Positions 51,622 through 64,000 of a stretch of 64,000 bases of DNA are shown one piece after another (the stretch's first letter is position 1; every line of letters starts with the position of its first letter). The stretch spans positions 310,001 to 374,000 of the forward strand of contig NW_019028980.1 in the NCBI RefSeq assembly GCF_002105155.1, read 5' to 3'. Made by a program: the position numbers and the translations under genes. Source of the DNA: Lobosporangium transversale. Its lineage: Eukaryota. The notes beneath the pieces were generated by a model. That model was given only the letters and a program-made list of their open reading frames with translations, did not search any database and was not told the origin of the DNA.

Positions 51622-54600
51622 ATGCACCCCATATCGGCTACAGTTACCAACGATGGTTCGCTTGCCATTACTGTCGCTGCTATAGACTTAAACCCACCAC
51701 ATGAGGTACTTATTCATACAACTAGGCCACAATGATAAAACTTTCCATTCCCGCCAGTTTTATTATTACTGTTTGAAACAAAATTTTGAAAAATAGTATG
51801 GCACTAAAAGATTAAATATCACATATTCGAATAGACCCTGACCGAGGCTGTTTCTGCAGGTGTTGCAGAGTCTGTTGATGACGAGCAACCGGAAAAGACT
51901 GCCAGCATAACTACCTCTACAACTGCAACAACAAATACAACCTCTAATTCTGGAAATAGAGTAACAAACACCGATGAAGCAGGAGCGGAGGAGGCATCCG
52001 TGCATCAAGAACCACACGACGCTATCGTATTTTATATGAATAATAGCCCAAAACAACATAGTACATCGTCCAAGAATAGTGAACTCATTGGTGATGATGA
52101 CGATGACTTCGATATGGAGGAACATGGCCATGATCACACAACAATTCGTGGAGCTGACAATAGCACATTTAAGAAAAGCAATGAGTCGCTGGCGACCGTT
52201 GCTGAGAGCACTATCGAAAAGATTGTTGGGATGGCCATGGCAGTACCAGATGCATTACTTTCTCCAAATGAGCAAGAGATGGACCCTCATGAGGTCATAG
52301 AGACTGAGGTTTTTTTGGACGACAATTATGGTGGTAATGGTGACCTGAGAGTAACATCAAGCGATGCAAGCGATGCCAGCTCCAATGTCATTACATCAAC
52401 ACTGACATCATCATCATCCTCATCCTCAGAATTGTCATCCTCATCCTCAGAATTGTCATCCACATCTACGTCCGTCTCATCATCTTCTTTATCTTCGTCC
52501 TCTACACTCGCAGACTCTTCTTCTCGTCGCCCTTCTGAGATTGGCACATCCAAGGATATTCTCACGGAGGGACAGGCATTTGCTTATGTGGGACTCTGTC
52601 TCGTAACAGCCAACACTCTCTTCCTGGCTCTTGAAGGAACTGAAGCTGCTCATGCCAAGGAAAGCCTCGAGAGCTTTGTTTCCAAACTCATTTATCGTCT
52701 ATACAAGCACTTGGACATTGATGCAGACAGTAGGTTTCTGGAATGTTTAGATGGTTAATACTTGATATTCCAGTAATATTCTTTTCGGAGCATTCTAAAC
52801 ATCAAATCATATCACATCGTGTTCATATCAAATAATCAAATAATGCTCTCCTCTCTTTGTTTACTCTTCTCTTTTCATACTCATATCGTACACTATTCCT
52901 CTGGCTATTAACCTTTTTTTGGGCGATCCTATCATGAAATTGGCTAACAAAAATTTATTGTAACGCTTCCTAACCAATAGCACAGCGAACAATTGCACAG
53001 TTGCCTCAAATGATGATCCAGCCCCAAGATCTTCTCGAGTCATTTGTTGCAGACGGAACGCAGCGCGTAGTGTCCTCACAGCAGGTGGATCAAACTAATG
53101 TTTCACTCAATGGATCCTCACCTGCCTCTTCTCAACATTCTCGACAGCCCTCGATTACAAGCCTAAGCAGTCTTAACAGTATCCAGCAGCAGCCACCATC
53201 GCCATCTTTACCATCAGAGAATGACCCGATCTGGGAGAATAGCAAGCCTCACAATACTTCACCACTCTCACCTTCCTCCGATAGTACCTTTTCTAATAAT
53301 ACCTCCCCTGTTGAAGCCTCTATGGGTGAGTCTAGCAAATCGGAGATTGATGGAGAGAAAGAGGAGGCAACATCGCCCACGACAACTTCAGCAAGTCGTC
53401 CCCCGATTCGCCATTATGACACTCCAAATGGCTTTAGACTGTCTATTGGCAGTCAAAAAGCCATTACTGTGGACTTGCGTTGGACATTAATTGCAGATCT
53501 CTTTTTGATCTCTATCTCGGACTCTATCTATGATGCCCGTGCTCGGGTGTTGCTCAAGGCAGTCGGGACTCATCTTGGACTTGAATGGGACGAAATCGTT
53601 TTATTTGAAAAAGGAATCATGAAGCAATTACAAACCACAGCCAGCGACGGTCTTTTGAAGCCAGATACGAAATCCAGGAACAATGAGATTCGTAAAAAGA
53701 GGATGATCATGATGGGATTAGCAACAGTGGGTGGTGGGCTTGTCTTGGGACTTTCAGCTGGTTTGTTCGCTCCTGTCATTGGTGCAGGTATTGGTGCAGT
53801 CATGGCAGGGGCACATATCACAGGAGCCACAGCAACAGCAGCCTCCGCATTCCTCGCTGGCAGTGGTGGCGTCGCTGTTATTACGAGCGGGGCTGCAGTG
53901 ACGGGATCTGGACTTGCAATGAAGAAGATGGCTAGGCGAACTGCAGGCATTGACCGATTTGAGTTCCTGGCCCTCCATGATAACAAAAGAGTCAATGTAA
54001 TTTTGACGATCTCTGGCTGGTTAGATATTGGTGAAGAGGATGCATCATTACCTTTTTCAACCCTTGATCCGATCAATGGGGATCACTTTGCGCTTCTGTG
54101 GGAACCAGATATGTTGATGCAATGTAAGTTTTTTTTTTATAATTTTTAAACTCTCCATACTTCAAGAAGGCTCATGTTGAAGCAAATTATGAATGGTGTG
54201 CTAACTGGATTTGTTTTGCTCTATTCATGACAATGTCCCCCACTCCCTCCCCCCCCCCCAAAAAAAAAAAAAAAAAAAAAAAAGTGGGAAATGCTTTAAG
54301 TTTGCTGGCAACTGAGGTTATTACCCTAACGGCACAAGAGATTCTAAAGCATACTCTTCTCTCAGCTTTACTATCGGCTTTGGCCTGGCCTATGGCTTTA
54401 ACCCGCCTTGGATATCTCATCGATAACCCATGGAGTATTGCGTTGGATCGCGCCAAGCTAGCTGGACTCGTCTTGGCGGATTCTCTTCTAATGCGATCTT
54501 ATCTGGGTTTCCGCCCAGTGACTCTTGTAAGGAAAATTCATAGACAAAATCCATCCACTTTAACCTTTCACGATTGCAAAGTGACTTCATCAGACACCCG

Positions 54601-55325
54601 ACCCCCATATTTATGTCCCTATTTTATTTCAAACTTTATAGGTTGGGTACAGTCTTGGTGCGCGTGTCATATTTTACTGCTTGATGGAGCTTGGACGGCT
54701 GGATGCATTTGGAATTGTGGAAAACGCGTATCTCTTTGGAGCGCCAATCACAGCATCCGAGACGCAGTGGCGTCAGGCCCGTAGTGCAGTAGCAGGCGAG
54801 TTTGTGAATGGCTATCTCCGGAATGACTGGGTCCTAGGATTCTTATTCCGCGCGACAACAGGAGGGTTGGGCACAGTTGCTGGTCTTAGACCAATCAAAA
54901 ATGTTCCAGGATTGAACAATATGGATCTCACGTCGCATGTGGAAGGCCATCTAGACTACCGTGTAAAGGTTCCATTGTTAATGAAGCTAATAGGTCTCAA
55001 GGTTACTTCGGAGTCATTCTTGGACAAGGAAGAGGCTATTCTCCATCAACGCTCACTTAAGATCAATCCTAGCGAGAAATTAAGAGCACCCAAACCATTG
55101 ATGCCATCCAAGGCTGAGCTGGCAAAGTCGGAGGCGTTGACTGAGAATGAAAAGATACAACTTGAGATTGCGTTCCGAAGACCAGCTCCCAAAGCCAAAG
55201 TACCTAATCTGGATGAACTCAAAGGTCTGACCCCTGAGGAGAAGGAGGCATTACGCGAAGTTCTTATGAATGCTGCCGCACAAGGAGGAGATGTATCCTC
55301 ACCTCTGAGCTCGCACTCCAAGTAG
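51622..55325 (+). CDS. TMCO4/Mil1 (DUF726) alpha/beta-hydrolase-like membrane protein
   Basis: Motifs DLRWTLIADLFL..YDARARVLL, GLATVGGGLVLGLSAGL, IDNPWSIALDRA, RPVTL|VGYSLGARVI, NDWVLGFLFR and GHLDY. Confidence 0.9.
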
Positions 55326-55508
55326 AAGTGATTTATCAAAGATATATTTGTAATTATTAGAAATACTGTAACATTTCATTCAATAAACTAGAAGTTAGCG
55401 GCTCGTTTTTGATCAACTTTTTAAATTGCCTTCTCAAAAAGGGTTTTTTATATTTCATATTCCGATCGAATCTGACAAGCTCTAGTCTCCAGCATTTGAC
55501 CATCCACC

Positions 55509-56003
55509 ATGACAAGCTATCCTCTTGTGGAGATAGTGGTTGAGGACAGCTTGGCCACAATCACTCAGGGCGCCAAATGGGTGTTGTCGACATTACAATT
55601 GCCAGGAATAGTTGAGCAATATCTAACGCCGTTGATACGCTTTTTCTATCGCAAATACATGGAGTCACCGTGGTTCGTCCGCATGAGCATGTTGGGTTGT
55701 GGGATACTGAGTATCCTTCCTGCTACATGCTTTTTTGGAAGCCTATTGATGGCTGACCTGGGCTTTTTTATCATAAGTGGGAGTGTTCTGATGATGATGC
55801 AGGCAAGTGTATTGAAGTAATTGTTCCTTGTCTCAGTCTGAAGCATTTTAAAAGTACAGACTGGTTAACTATCTCGACAGATATGCTTGATAGGGCTCGT
55901 CGTTCCGATACTTGCCCTTACAATGATTACCGCTCTTGTCCTTTTAAGCATTCTTGGCATGGCAGTGATTATATTGAATCGTTCCATCAAATACATTCCA
56001 TAG
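55509..56003 (+). CDS. Small multi-pass membrane protein, promethin/LDAF1-like
   Basis: Two exons (55509-~55802, 55881-56003) encode a continuous hydrophobic hairpin region with the S-I-L-P..F.G pattern; family assignment is by resemblance. Confidence 0.55.
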
Positions 56004-56254
56004 TACACATTATCCCATTCATCTTCATTCTTGCCAGCCTAAATTATAGTTAAACTATTCAGTTTAGCCCCATTTGCTCGCACTGCCATTTTTTTTTTTT
56101 TTTTTTTTTTTTTTGGCTGGACACGAACACGCAAGCAATGTCGTGTGAATAAGGAATTTGAGAGCAAGTGACCCGAATAAGGTCATTGTGTCGTCTTTTT
56201 TTGTGTTCTTCATTCTTCTTTCCAAATTATCACTTCCATCTTTTTAAAAAAAGT

Positions 56255-56641
56255 ATGGCCTACAACTATCAGCAGCAACAGCCCTATGGCCAACAGCAGG
56301 GATATAATCAGTACGGTCAGCAGGGTTACCAGCAGCCCCCAGGTATGTCATTATGAGAGATACAGAATCGTTGAAATGACTACTCTTCCTTCCTCCTCTA
56401 CTTTTCTCTCTTGGGACGCGGCATAAGTACAGCAAAAATAACAAACTCAACGCAATGAGGCACATAAAAAAAAAAAAAAAAAATTGGAGTGGGATACAAT
56501 CAATTCAATCATCATCCACAAATCCGATGTCTACTGGTCAGACATCACGAAATGAGAGGTCGTGCCTTTGATTTGTAGGCAAGGAATATGGAAAATCCTT
56601 GATCCCTCTTACTAGAAACTGTTTTACCTTTTATTCCCACC

Positions 56642-56672
<31 letters not shown>

Positions 56673-57749
56673 TCCTTCAATGAACAAGCTCCTCCTGCGA
56701 CTCCTGAGGCCAGCTTGAGATACTGGTTTGATGCCGTTGATTCTGATCGCTCTGGTCAATTGAGTACTGAAGAGTTGCAGCGAGCTCTTATTAACGGTGA
56801 GTACTTTAGGGTTTGAGCATTTTCTACTTTTCAATGGATAGTAACCATTATCATTCAAGTGCCAGGACAAAGGCTGACATTCCTTTTTTTTTTCCTTTAC
56901 ATTGCTAGGTGACTGGAGCCCATTCAACATCGAGACAGTCCGTTTGATGATGAATATGTTTGATACTGGTAATCATCTTTACTAGGTTTATATAACCATG
57001 ACATGTGTCGTGTAATCGAAAAAGGAATCAGAAAGTACGAATGCTCATCAATTGAAATCGCCTATTCTCTTCTTTTTTTCTGTAGACAACTCGGGTCTTA
57101 TCACCTTCCCTGAGTTTGCAGGTCTCTGGAAATACATTGAGGACTGGCGCACATGCTTCCGTGCCTTTGACCGGGATGGCAGCGGCTTCATTGATTTCAA
57201 CGAGCTCAAGACAGCTATGCATTCGTTTGGCTACAATCTATCCGACCACTTTTTACAATTGATCATCAAGAAATATGATAAGAGAGGTAGGTTCTAAGCC
57301 GTATAAAAAAAAAAAAAAAAAGAGCGGGCTGGGATTATTGTTTATGTGCATAACTCCCTCTCTCCTCTTAATTATGAGAGAGGAAATAGAGGGAGGAGGA
57401 AAAAGATGAAAAAACTTTATGGAAATGGACTCCTGATACTGATGCCTTTTAGGCAAAAAACCTGAAGGTCGCGGCGATGTGTCCTTCGATAACTTTGTCC
57501 AGATTGCGGTCACTGTCAAGAGTCTTACGGATGCTTTCAAGAGAATTGATCGGGAGGGTAAAGGATACGCCACTATTGGGTACGAGCAGGTCAGTATCAA
57601 GTCGTCTATATTACCATGCTGAATTATCTTGATCGTCCGATGCTTTTAGTACGCTCCCATTCTCACATTCTTCCTATACATTTTCATGTTGCTTTCTGCA
57701 ATCCATCGGATCTACACAGTTCTTGGAGCTCGTCGTCAACAACCGTTAA
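56255..57749 (+). CDS. PEF1: Penta-EF-hand calcium-binding protein (Pef1/ALG-2/peflin)
   Basis: Q/G/Y/P-rich N-terminus; EF loops DSDRSGQLSTEE, DTDNSGLITFPE and DRDGSGFIDFNE; 6 exons ending FLELVVNNR*. Confidence 0.92.
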
Positions 57750-57963
57750 ACGTGTTAATCCCGTCATTGTCTCTTTGGACTTCAAACTTTTTTTTTCCTT
57801 TTTTGTGAGCTACTCCTAAGGCGAAAGCAAAGCCAAGATTATACATCGCATTGTGATAGTCTTACTCATAATAAAATACAAATAAAATCTATACTGTCAT
57901 CTGCAAGAGATCAGAATAGAACTTCACGACCCTGCGTTTGTTTATTTACATCTCTAGGTACTC

Positions 57964-60059
57964 TTAAGGAGTGACTGAGCATACGTCAATAATAACTTTG
58001 GCATAATAACCGCCTCCAAATAAGCCAACGATGGCCCCGATTATTAAGGTAAATGGGCTAAATGCAGCCGCAATTCCCAAGGCGCCTACTGATTGCATAT
58101 ATGCTACAAATCCACCAGCAGGGACATAACCTCCATAGCAGGCCATGCATGTAGCCGCACATGTTCCAGCATAGATCCCCTCGGCTCCAAATCCAAGCGC
58201 AATAGTCAACAGAAAAAATGCCACTGGCAATGCTACGGCGCCGAAAACAGCTCCAACACATATCCATGAAATTATCTTTCCAATACACGGAGCCCAAATG
58301 CTGACGTTCTCTCCGATCCATGCCCAAGGCGCCGTGAGAGTAGCTTTCACGTCTTCCCAAAATTTGAGAAGAGGAGCGAGTAATCTGTCTATTCTGTCTA
58401 TAGTATCGAGGTCTTCATCATCCTGCTCGTCAGATGGCGGCACTTCTACCTCTAATACATCTGATTCCTCTGATTCCTCTGATTCCTCTGATTCCTCTGA
58501 TTCCTCTGATTCCTCTGATTCCTCTGATACTTCTGATTCCTTCGATGCTCCGCTCAAAATGTCTGTTACAATAGATACAAAAAATGTCGATTTGCCCTCG
58601 ATCAGTTTAGCACCCAAGTCACGCGTAATTGATAGGACAGGAATAGAACTCAAGGGATCATCTTGTTTCCAAGAATGAGGTAAAACTGAGCCTGAGAGTA
58701 GTTGGCCACTTGTGCTATAAAACAAAACAGCCAGGGCTCCAGCCTACAAAAAAAAAAAAAAAAAAAAAAAAGTGAGCCACATTAAACGCTCGATGGGCGT
58801 ATTAAACATCGATGTCCAGCCTTTTTACCTTTTGAGCATATTCAGTCACTGTCCAAAGATCGCAGGCATTACTAGGATCTTGGACAATAGCAATTCTACC
58901 CATAACACTCTGGTGGTCCTCAACATGACATCCATTACGGCCGATGTCTTGGACCTTATGGTCAATCAGAGTAACCGATGGACCTCCATACATTAGACCT
59001 AAAGATTTAGAGTGATTATGCGTCAACAAACGACAGCAACGCCAATAACAAACAATAATAATAATAAAGTGCTACACACATACATACTTTGGAAGTCAAC
59101 ATTGTTGATATAGACCACCTTCTGGTTCCTAACGTCTTGCGTGTCAAGACTCCACAGACGTGGGGCTTTAAGCTCTTGCCAGACAGGAATATCTTGGTTG
59201 CCCACGTTGTTTGTTTCGGAGGTAGATACATCGTCTACTTGAACAAAATACGTTGTAAAAGCTGTAGAGGATATACCAGACTGAAAGCGTCTTTTTTTTT
59301 TTTTTTTTTTTCTTACTGGGAGAACGGGAGTATCGGGACCAAAAAAATAGAAACACAGCGAGCAGTGAAAGGAACCAAAGACTAAAGGCCAGGATTAACT
59401 TTCTTCTTCGTCGCCCGCCGTCGCGTTTAAATTTGAAATACAGAGCTTCATGAACAAAAAGAAGAAAAAAAAAAAGTCATTTTAATATCTTTAATTCTTT
59501 TTTTTTTTTTTTTTCTTACATTTAATCAATCGCTTTGGAGATGTCGTTGTACATATTTACTTTCATCCTCTTCGTAATCACGCCACCCTAACAGAATCAG
59601 TCAATTAGCATTTTTTTTTTTTTTTTTTAAAAAAAAGGCATGGTTTTTTAGGCATTGTATTGACAATGAGGATTTGCAGAGTCGATAAAATTTACACAGC
59701 AATTGAATTTTACCAGCCCTACGTGAGTCTAAGAAATCCTCAAAGAAGCCATGTTGTTCTGAAGAGAGCATTTTACGATAGGGATAATCAGATGTGGATG
59801 AAGACTGTCTGAATGTCTTCCGAGCTTAATAGGATGGGGGTGTATTTTAAGGATAGGGTAAAATTCAAAGGGAAAGGGCAAAGATCAAAGGGAATAAGAG
59901 AGAAGGAGTTAGAGCCATCATTTGTTCAACTTTACTCCAATCCTTCCCGATCAGCACCTTACCGAAGACAGGCACAGACCCCCTAAACGCGTCCTCCTTT
60001 TTCGACTTGTGACTACTTTTATTCTGACCAAGAAAACTATCCAGGACATCCAGACGCAT
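57964..60059 (-). CDS. Membrane protein: signal-anchor TM + PA (protease-associated) domain + acidic linker + IFI6/IFI27 (ISG12)-like domain
   Basis: In-phase spliced model: ..RRRRKLILAFSLWFLSLLAVFLFFW..GRIAIVQ..C..EYAQK|AGALAVLFY..IPVLSITRDLGAKL..(SEE)n..LGFGAEGIYAGTCAA..GGYVPAGGFVAYMQSVGALG. The 5' exons are less certain. Confidence 0.72.
58461..58540 (-). repeat. Coding 9-bp tandem repeat (GAATCAGAG)n encoding (SEE)n
   Basis: tgattcctc repeated about 7-8 times on the + strand. Confidence 0.95.
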
Positions 60060-60619
60060 TTGAGCACCCACTTATTACCTCTCTCCAGAGCCAGTTGGCT
60101 GCACTTATCAGCCGAATCAGTGCCTTCTTGACAGGCTCTGGCTCCAGTCCATCCAATCCTTACCTAGTTGCTATAGAACCAGCCTACGCCTAATAAAGAC
60201 CTAAATTATGATGTTTATCAGGTATTTTGAGAGGGGAAAGGAATAAGTGACAATCCTGATCTCATACGGAAGATGTTAACATGCCCAACTGAAAGTTCTG
60301 AGAGAGTCATGCGCGATAAAAGATAGAGCTAGCTTTACAACCATATGGAAGGAAAAAAAAAAATCCAATAGATGATGATGAAATGCTCAAGCAGAGGTGA
60401 TACAGTCCATTGTACAAAGGAACCAATACAACGCTTGGTTTTAATCGAGAACCAGCTCAAAAGTTAGAGATATAGCTCATTCACACCTGGACGCTCTCAC
60501 GTTTAATAATGGTCACCAATAGCGACGAGGTAGATCAAAGATATAACCGCATAGGAGTATCATGACTACCGTTCATAGTCATCCACCAGAATCCATAAAG
60601 CAACTGTTTTATTATTACT

Positions 60620-60940
60620 TTATTCATTAATGATGGATCGCTTGGGCGCTCCAAGTTTAATTCGACCTTCTACAGGTGGATTTCGACTTAGTCGCATCTG
60701 TCGACGTTCTGCTTTTATCTCCAGCCAACGAGCATGTCGCTCAGTTTTAAGGCGTTCAAGCGCAGCAGCAACCTTTTCCTTTCTCATCCGCTCCTTGGCT
60801 TCATCCTGCTCAGCTACACGCTCAGGACTGAGTTGGAAATCTGTCCTTAAAATTCTCCTCACCGATTCACTTGAAATATTAAAATGTTTGGCTAATTTAT
60901 CAGTAGTCCATTCTTCTGGAAACTATTAATAAAGAGAAAC

Positions 60941-60973
<33 letters not shown>

Positions 60974-61776
60974 TAATATTAATAACACAATAATAACGAT
61001 TATATATACTGATGGTAAAGACAATAAAAAATAAAAATAAAAATAAAAAAGCAGTTCTACAAGATGTGCCATTGTTGCAAAACTTTTACGCTTACTTGCT
61101 TACGGAGATATCGAACCTCCTCCATAGCTTGTCTACTGATCCTCTTCTGTGGGATCCATGCCTTCCCTAACAGTTTCTCTTTAATCGCCAATTTATGTTT
61201 CATCCAGAGAGGCATAGAGTCTTCTTTTTCTTCTTCACTCATACCCTTAGAGTCTTTGTGAAGATGTGGGTTTGGTGAGAGGCGGCCTCGAGTCAAAGAT
61301 CTATGATTAGTCCTCTGACCGAGCACTTCCCTCGCTTGCTGATCACGCAAAGTGTTACGTTCATACTTTGATATCCGTTCGCCAATATGACCTTTGGATA
61401 TCCTGGCAGCCGTCAATTTTTTGGTCTCCTCCATGATCTTGGATCGACCCTCTGGAAAGACAAGCGAAGCAAACTCAGTGACATCTAGACCCCAACGATC
61501 ACTTGCTTCTCGCATAGTATTCGAATCACTAAATGCATCTTTCGAACGAGTGTATACATGTTTTGTATCCTCTATTGATGACCGTTGATGAATATCACTT
61601 GTATCATTTGATGTAATAACCTCAGCCTCAGGTCTTGAAAGGAGTGATGCCCTACTCACACAGAGCTTTCTAATAAAACCCTGCTTGTTACAACTAAGCG
61701 CCAGCGGTTGGATGTTACAGTTACTATAAACTGCAGGCACAAATGATGTAAGGTACTTTCTTGTTGATGAAAGCAT
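60620..61776 (-). CDS. RRG9: Mitochondrial Rrg9/neugrin-family protein
   Basis: PLWMKHKLAIKEKL.GKAWIPQKRISRQAMEEVRYL..|FPEEWTTDKLAKHFNISSESVRRIL; N-terminal presequence-like; 2 exons. Confidence 0.85.
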
Positions 61777-61933
61777 GAGGTTGCAGAATGGAATTTGGAG
61801 ACTGTAGAGTAAAAGAAGCTCCTTTTTCCTTTTAGTCAATAACAAACGTTTGAAAAAAGACGGTCACTTTAATTAATGGTTATGGATAAAATGCAATTTT
61901 CTGTCTATTTTTTTTTTTTTTTTTTTTTTTTAT

Positions 61934-64000
61934 CTAGCTCCATGCGACCACTTTGTGATGGTCTTGTCCATGCTGATACAATGAAGCAGCAGCGCCTTGC
62001 ATTTCACTATGATGACCATAAGGGGTCAAAGGTGGGCCAGCAGTGGTTGTGGTCCTGTATGGGTTTGCAGCAGATACAAAGGATCCTTCATAAAGTCCAT
62101 TCTGGGGCAATGCCGGCTGTGGTGAGTGTGCATCCATTCCTCCGAGCTCCTGTACAGTGTAGCCAAAAGAAGATGAAACGGAAGATGCAGACGTTGACGA
62201 TGGTGTTGGCTCTCCTGCTGAGGTGCCTACGCTATTGCCTACACTCATGCCAGATTCATTCATGGGATGTCCCGAAGAGTTTGTGAACGAGTTCGGATAT
62301 GGAAAGTAGCTCTCTTGAACTTCCGTCTTGACAAACACCTGATCCGAGAGTCCGCCAGGAGCACCAGCCGCACTTACACCTACAAACCCATTGCTTTGCG
62401 GAGGGTTGTTGTAGCTCTGATTAAAGTAAGCACGAGAACTATCATCCTGTTCGTTCGAGTTTTCTTGTGGTGGCTCAAGCTGGTTATCGAATGGATGTCT
62501 TGGACTCAATCCTGTGGGGCCCATCATCAAACGGGGCGTGATGGACCCGAAACTTGGCTGTCGTTGTGTAAAGTATGATGAATGGCTATGCTCCTGCGGG
62601 GAATGCTGACCTTGATACTGGTGCATGGTAGGGTATCCGGTTGTGGGTGATGAAAAGGCCGAAGCTTCATAAGTCGAAGAAGGCGAGGACATAGATGAAC
62701 CATCGGTCCATGCACTTTGATGAGAAGGATAGCGATAGAATGATGGTGTAGGTGCTGCTGTAGGACTGTACTCGCTGGTGACTCCAGGTGAGACTGGTGA
62801 GAGTGGACCTTCTACACCTCCAAAGCCCAGAGAAGACACGTCGACGCTCATACCAGCGCCAGCGCTGATACTATGGCTTCGACTGTGTGTTCCTGGGAAA
62901 TGGTATGGGTGTTGGCCGATGTTAGAAAGACGCCTTTCGCCTGCGGAACTAGGTGACAAAATTTCATCCCTCTCAGGAGTGTCAATATAATGACCTGGAC
63001 TTCTTCCACGCACCACTAAAGAGTCTGATTGTGAGGAGGCAACACAGAAGACCTGACCATCCTCTGTGTGTGCATAGAGGTCTACCATCAAGATATAAAA
63101 CTGTTGCGCCGCACGTCGTTTGCCGTTATTGGCGGTTGCTGTCTTGAACTGTACACGTTCAAACGTGACAACAGTCTGGTTTGTATTAGCTCCTGTCAAG
63201 GTCAAGGTACCACCGCCTCGAACAGCACGAAGACCAGGGACAATTTGTGGTCCCTTGTCACGTTTGGGAGTGTGCTGGATCAGGTCAATCTTTTTGTCTG
63301 TACTCGCTATCTTGGAAGTGATGCAGATGGAAAAACTGGTTACTACCGCCAGTCGAGATGTACCATGACTGGAGGCACCATGATCATTCAGACGAAGACC
63401 GTCCAATGAGCCAATCATGCTGTTCGTGTCACGTTGAGCACTGAGCTCACCCTGATCTGGGCTCGTTATAGGATCCTTCAATTCGATAAGGCATGGTACC
63501 TCGGACTCTTGTGAGTGATCAAAACCAAGGATACTAAATGCGGTACTGACTTGAAAATAATTCCGGCGATAACATGTCCAGATTTTGTTGGCTGTAAAGA
63601 ATCCTCTGTCAATCCTGGCCATAACTCGCAATTTATACCTGTTGTTAAACAATTTGAATAATAATAATAATAGTAATAATAATAGTAGTAATAATAATAA
63701 TAGTAACTACAATGTAAGTGCAGGTCCAGAATATCTCCCGAAACAAAAGCATTTCTCTGCCGCCATGTAAACATGAAAGAATACTTACGACTGTGTCTGA
63801 TTCATGTTGTAAAGGCTATAGAACTGCTTTGTATTTGAAAAGAATGGACCATCCTCAACCATGGCGAGAGAGCCAGCCCGACGAGCTCGGACAACAGGGT
63901 GTGGTACGGTGGTTGATCCAGAGATGGAATTGCGATGATGGATGATGGGTCCATCTGTGTTGGATCTGAAAATAAAAGAAATAAAATAGGTTAATTGAGG
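61934..64000 (-). CDS. Ndt80/PhoG-like transcription factor, 5' end beyond window
   Basis: Motifs ARIDRGFF..WTCYRRNYFQV, LIQHTPKRDKGP, FERVQFKTATANNGKRRAAQQF and VVRGRSPGHY. Confidence 0.93.
63657..63706. repeat. Intronic (AAT/TAG)n trinucleotide microsatellite
   Basis: aataataataatagtaataataatagtagtaataataataatagtaac within the Ndt80-like intron. Confidence 0.9.

Noticed and set aside
5103..60059. P2X-like, Pef1 and ISG12-like genes as a joint damage/immunity cluster
   Set aside because: They are separated by up to 50 kb of unrelated housekeeping genes; there is no evidence of a cluster.

Overview
Eukaryotic, intron-rich fungal genomic DNA with many long poly(A)/poly(T) tracts. The gene content (P2X-like channel, 'NPLDIPEIL'-type F-box/LRR proteins) suggests an early-diverging fungus, probably Mortierellaceae/Mucoromycota; this is an inference. 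About 21 protein-coding genes can be reconstructed by splicing. Housekeeping genes include RPB2, a DHX57/Ucp12-like helicase, a carnitine acyltransferase, an M14 carboxypeptidase, Cti6, TMCO4/Mil1, Pef1, Rrg9, an Ndt80-like factor and four F-box proteins. The most unusual items are: (1) a 264-nt closed multi-branch RNA fold whose G-U pairs all favour the + strand, lying between a divergent eIF5 paralog and an F-box gene; (2) a P2X-like ATP-gated channel with a ~930-aa low-complexity tail; (3) a spliced membrane protein fusing a PA domain to an IFI6/IFI27 (ISG12) domain; (4) an eIF5 paralog that keeps the catalytic Arg but has lost the GNGIK motif and has an eroded W2 domain. All exon boundaries were read by eye and all family calls come from motif recognition, not database searches.
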